From assembly GCA_038087875.1 (NCBI GenBank), contig JAXLNO010000708.1, positions 1 to 64,000 of the forward strand: DNA of 64,000 nt, in the 5' to 3' direction. The notes under the pieces are model-generated. The model was not told the origin of the DNA. It worked only from the letters and a program-made list of their open reading frames with translations, and made no database searches. The stretch comes from Malacoraja senta (Eukaryota). Of the stretch, positions 60,700-64,000 are shown piece by piece (position 1 is the stretch's first letter; each line of letters starts with the position of its first letter). Both the position numbers and the translations under genes were made by a program.

Positions 60700-61940
60700 A
60701 GAGATTCCCACGGCAGCGGTGCAACGCTTCCGACGCCTTGCACTGAGGCTGCTCCATGGCCGGAGCTGCAGTGAGCGACTCGCCAGCCCGGCAAACTCTC
60801 GCCAGCCCCGCTCCCCACCGCTGCTTCTGCTTCCAACACCCATGGCCCATGCAGTTGATGAGTTTTGAAATTTTCGTTGATCACAGAATTTCTCACAACA
60901 GAGCGAGAGAAATTTGTGATCAACGTGAGAATTTGGCGAAATGCGTGATTCTCACGCTCAATGCACGGGAGTTGGCAGCCCTGCCTCTCTATCCCCCCCC
61001 TCTCCCTCTCTCCCACCTCACTCTCATCCCTCTCTCCCCCTCTATCTCTCCCCTCCCCCTTTCCCCCTCTCCCACTCTCTACCCTGTCTCCCCCCTCTCC
61101 CCTTCCCTCTTCTCTCTCCCCCTCCTCTGTTCCCCTCTCCCCCCCACCTCTCGTCCCCTCTCCCCTTTCCCCTAACTCTCTCCCCCTCACTTCCCCTCTC
61201 TCTCTCTTTCTCCCTCCCTCTCCATCTCCCGCTCTCCCTCTCCACTCTCCCCTCTCTGTCTCTCTCTCTCTTCCCCATCTCTCTCCTCCTCTCTCTCCCT
61301 CCCACCTCACTCTCCCCCTTGCTCTCTCCCCTCTCTTTCTCCTGTCTCTATCTCCTCTTTCTCTTTGCCCCCCATCTCTCTTTCCCCCTTCCCTCTTTTA
61401 CCACCCCTCTCTTCACCCTCTCCTCCCTTTCCACCCCTCTTCCCTCTCACTCTTCCCCCCTCTCCCACCTCACTCTCCCCCCTCCCCCCCCCTCTCCCTC
61501 TTCTCTCTCTCCATTCACTCCCCCTCTCTCTCCTACCCTGTCTCCTTCCCCTCTCTCTCTCTCCACCTCCCTTTGAGAGTCTGTCCCTTCGGCACAGAGA
61601 CTCTCGCGGCAGCGGCGCAATGCTTCCGACGCCTCAGACGGCCCGGGACTCTCGCACTGGGGCTGCTCCATGGCCGGAACTGCAGCGAGCGACTCGCCAG
61701 CCCCGCAAACACTCGCCAGCCCCGACTCCTCGCATCTGTATCCGCCCGCTGCTTCCATCCCTCACTCAGCCCCGGCTCTCCAACACCCGCGGACCATGCA
61801 GTTTATCTGAGTTTTGAAATTTTCGTTGATCACAGAATTTCTCACCACAGAGCGTGAGAAATTTCTGATCAGCGTGAGGGCGTGAGAGTTTATTCAAATG
61901 CGTGATTCTCACGCTCAAAGCGTGAGAGTTGGCAGCCCTG
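60700..61940 (+). mobile_element. duplicated terminal segment of a probable hAT element around a CT-rich tract
   Basis: 60700-60983 resembles 61596-61940; both end GAGTTGGCAGCCCTG (reverse complement CAGGGCTGCCAACTC); low-complexity C/T tract at 60985-61575. Confidence 0.6.
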
Positions 61941-62089
61941 CCTTCTGTTTTCTCTTCAGCATAGATTAAGGTTTGGCTGATGTCTCCAACAGTTTTATTC
62001 TTGTTTCTCAGAATCATAATGGTTTCTTTGACTTACATTGGCACAACTTTGGTCCTCATGTTAATAAACAGCAATAAATGTTTCCAAGA

Positions 62090-62272
62090 CTTTTCTATCT
62101 GCAAAGGTTTCACAGACTCCTCTGTCAAGCTTCTCAAGTTTGTGGACGACGCAACCCTGATTGGACTGATCAAGGATGGGGAGGAATCTGACCACATACA
62201 GGAAGTGGTGCCTTCGTAACAACCTGGAGCTCAATTCGCTTAAGACAGTGGAATTGATAGTAGACTTTAGGG
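62090..62272 (+). mobile_element. Rex1-type RT fragment
   Basis: TDSSVKLLKFVDDATLIGLIKDGEES. Confidence 0.7.
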
Positions 62273-64000
62273 ATAGGCCCTTAAAGCCTTCATCCATATA
62301 TTTGCTGTTCTCATATCAATTGCTCTAATGTGCTTCCTTCTTCTGTCCATACAAATTTAATAATGCTGCATATTAGGATATTTTGTATTAAAAAGGTACC
62401 ATATAAGTTTTGTTGCATCACTTTGTTGGAGCTTCCTGTGAAAACTTAATCACATGTTGACTGTGTTGCAAGAGTAATAACACTTCGGAAAAGTATTTTA
62501 TTGGTTGTAAAGCAGTTTGTGATGTGCTAAGGTCATCAAATGACTCCATTTAGCGAAATCCAAAAGGGGAAAAAAGTTATCAACAGAAAGGAAAATAACA
62601 CGAGCATATCAGACAACATCTGAGAAAGAAAGAGAGCCAATGTTTCAGGTCAGTGACCTTCCATCAGCACAGGTTTGCAGTCTCCTGCGTTCATTTTTGG
62701 AGTCCCAATGACAGAAACAAACAAAAGCTAACCCGTAATAAAATCTTGCTTTCCATATACAAGCACATTAGAGCAATTCCACCTGAGGGCAAGTGTCTTT
62801 AATAATCATTCTTAAGTCGAGAAGTTTAAAAAAAGAAAACAGCTGGGAAGTCAATACCACAATTTTTACGTTTAGGTGTTATGAGCTGGTATGTTTTGTC
62901 AAGCAATAAACTGATAATATTCCAAATTTGATCAGGCTATTATATATTGCAAGCTTTAATAGTGTATTTGAATCCATACCGTTGCATACAGTACATCCTA
63001 ATTCCACATTGCAAGCATTTTGCTCAAAAACAATTATATATTTGATCTGAAATATTAACTGTTACTCTTCCTACAGATGCAGCCTGACAATAGACAATAG
63101 ACAATAGGTGCAGGCGTAGGCCATTCGGCCCTTCGAGCCATTCAATGTGATCATGGCTGATCATCCCCAATCAGTACCCCATTCCTGCCTTCTACCCTGA
63201 CCTGCTGAAACTTTCCAGCATTTTCTGGTTTTATTTTAGATTTCCAACAGCTGCAGTTTAAAAAAAATGTTTCCACGTTCTCTTTATTTAGTTTGGGTTC
63301 GAGATACAGCACAGAAAACAAGCCCTTAGGCCCACTGTGTCGACCTAAACAACCAGTAGGAAACATTCAACTTTTGCCTTCAGTATTGCATAGGAGAGCT
63401 TGCAAAGTTTTGTCCTTGCGGCTCAAAAAATTTTACATCTTACCCATGGTTTACATTCAGTCATATTCTTCCCATTCAACAGTTTGCCAAATCATTACAT
63501 ACCCAGCCACAAAATATTTCAATCACATTCCCAAAATCTGAATGACAGATTTGTGATTTTTACATCTGAACAGTGGATTTCAGCATGACCACCACATCTG
63601 AACAGTGCATTTCAGCATGACCACCACATTGAACCTTCTGAATACTTTGTGTTAAATCTTTTCACCAAAAAACTTTCCCTTAAGAATTATCTTAATACAC
63701 TGAGAGGTATATGTTATTTTCTAGCTTTACAAAGATCCCTTATCACAAACTGCCATTCCTGCTTTGGCATTTAACATTATTTAAGGCTCGGAAATACTCT
63801 AATCATTTGATGTGCTATCAGAATTTTGGCCTAGCACTGGAATTGCTTGGTTAGCTACCTACTCTCCAGGGTACAGGATCTTGTCCCAGATTGGATGCCA
63901 GCCATTTAGAGCGATAACTTTCACAAACTGAATGGAGTCATTCTCCAACATTACACTCTTGTAATAAATACCTTTGAGCTTAAGGAGAATCCCAAACTGA

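Noticed and set aside
60582..61857. ORFs of 200-300 aa rich in Pro/Ser/Leu or Gly/Glu/Arg
   Set aside because: Products of the CT low-complexity tract.

Overview
Repeat-dense vertebrate genomic DNA, most likely a cartilaginous fish (inferred from the CR1, V-SINE-like and Penelope repeats; not provable from this window alone). One host gene is clear: BET1 (Golgi Qc-SNARE), on the minus strand, with four coding exons (47829-47811, 44614-44520, 41380-41324, 40045-39890; 108 aa) and a CpG-rich promoter at about 47930-48330. Most of the rest is nested mobile DNA: many CR1 fragments and one full-length CR1, Rex1/L2/Crack-like LINE pieces, Penelope-like remnants with hammerhead-ribozyme cores, two Helitrons, a near-intact Buster-type hAT, Tc1, PIF/Harbinger elements, THAP-bearing MITEs, and two inverted copies of a DNA transposon with 7-bp TSDs. 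The standout is a 4.08-kb non-autonomous Ty3/Gypsy LTR element (19622-23704; 179-bp LTRs, GTTAC TSD, tRNA-Ser PBS, five stacked polypurine tracts). Its gag-pol interior has been replaced by a 21-bp minisatellite and a captured stretch of about 14 IQ motifs with the 23-23-27 aa periodicity of the host gene ASPM. All family assignments come from motif recognition; no database search was run.
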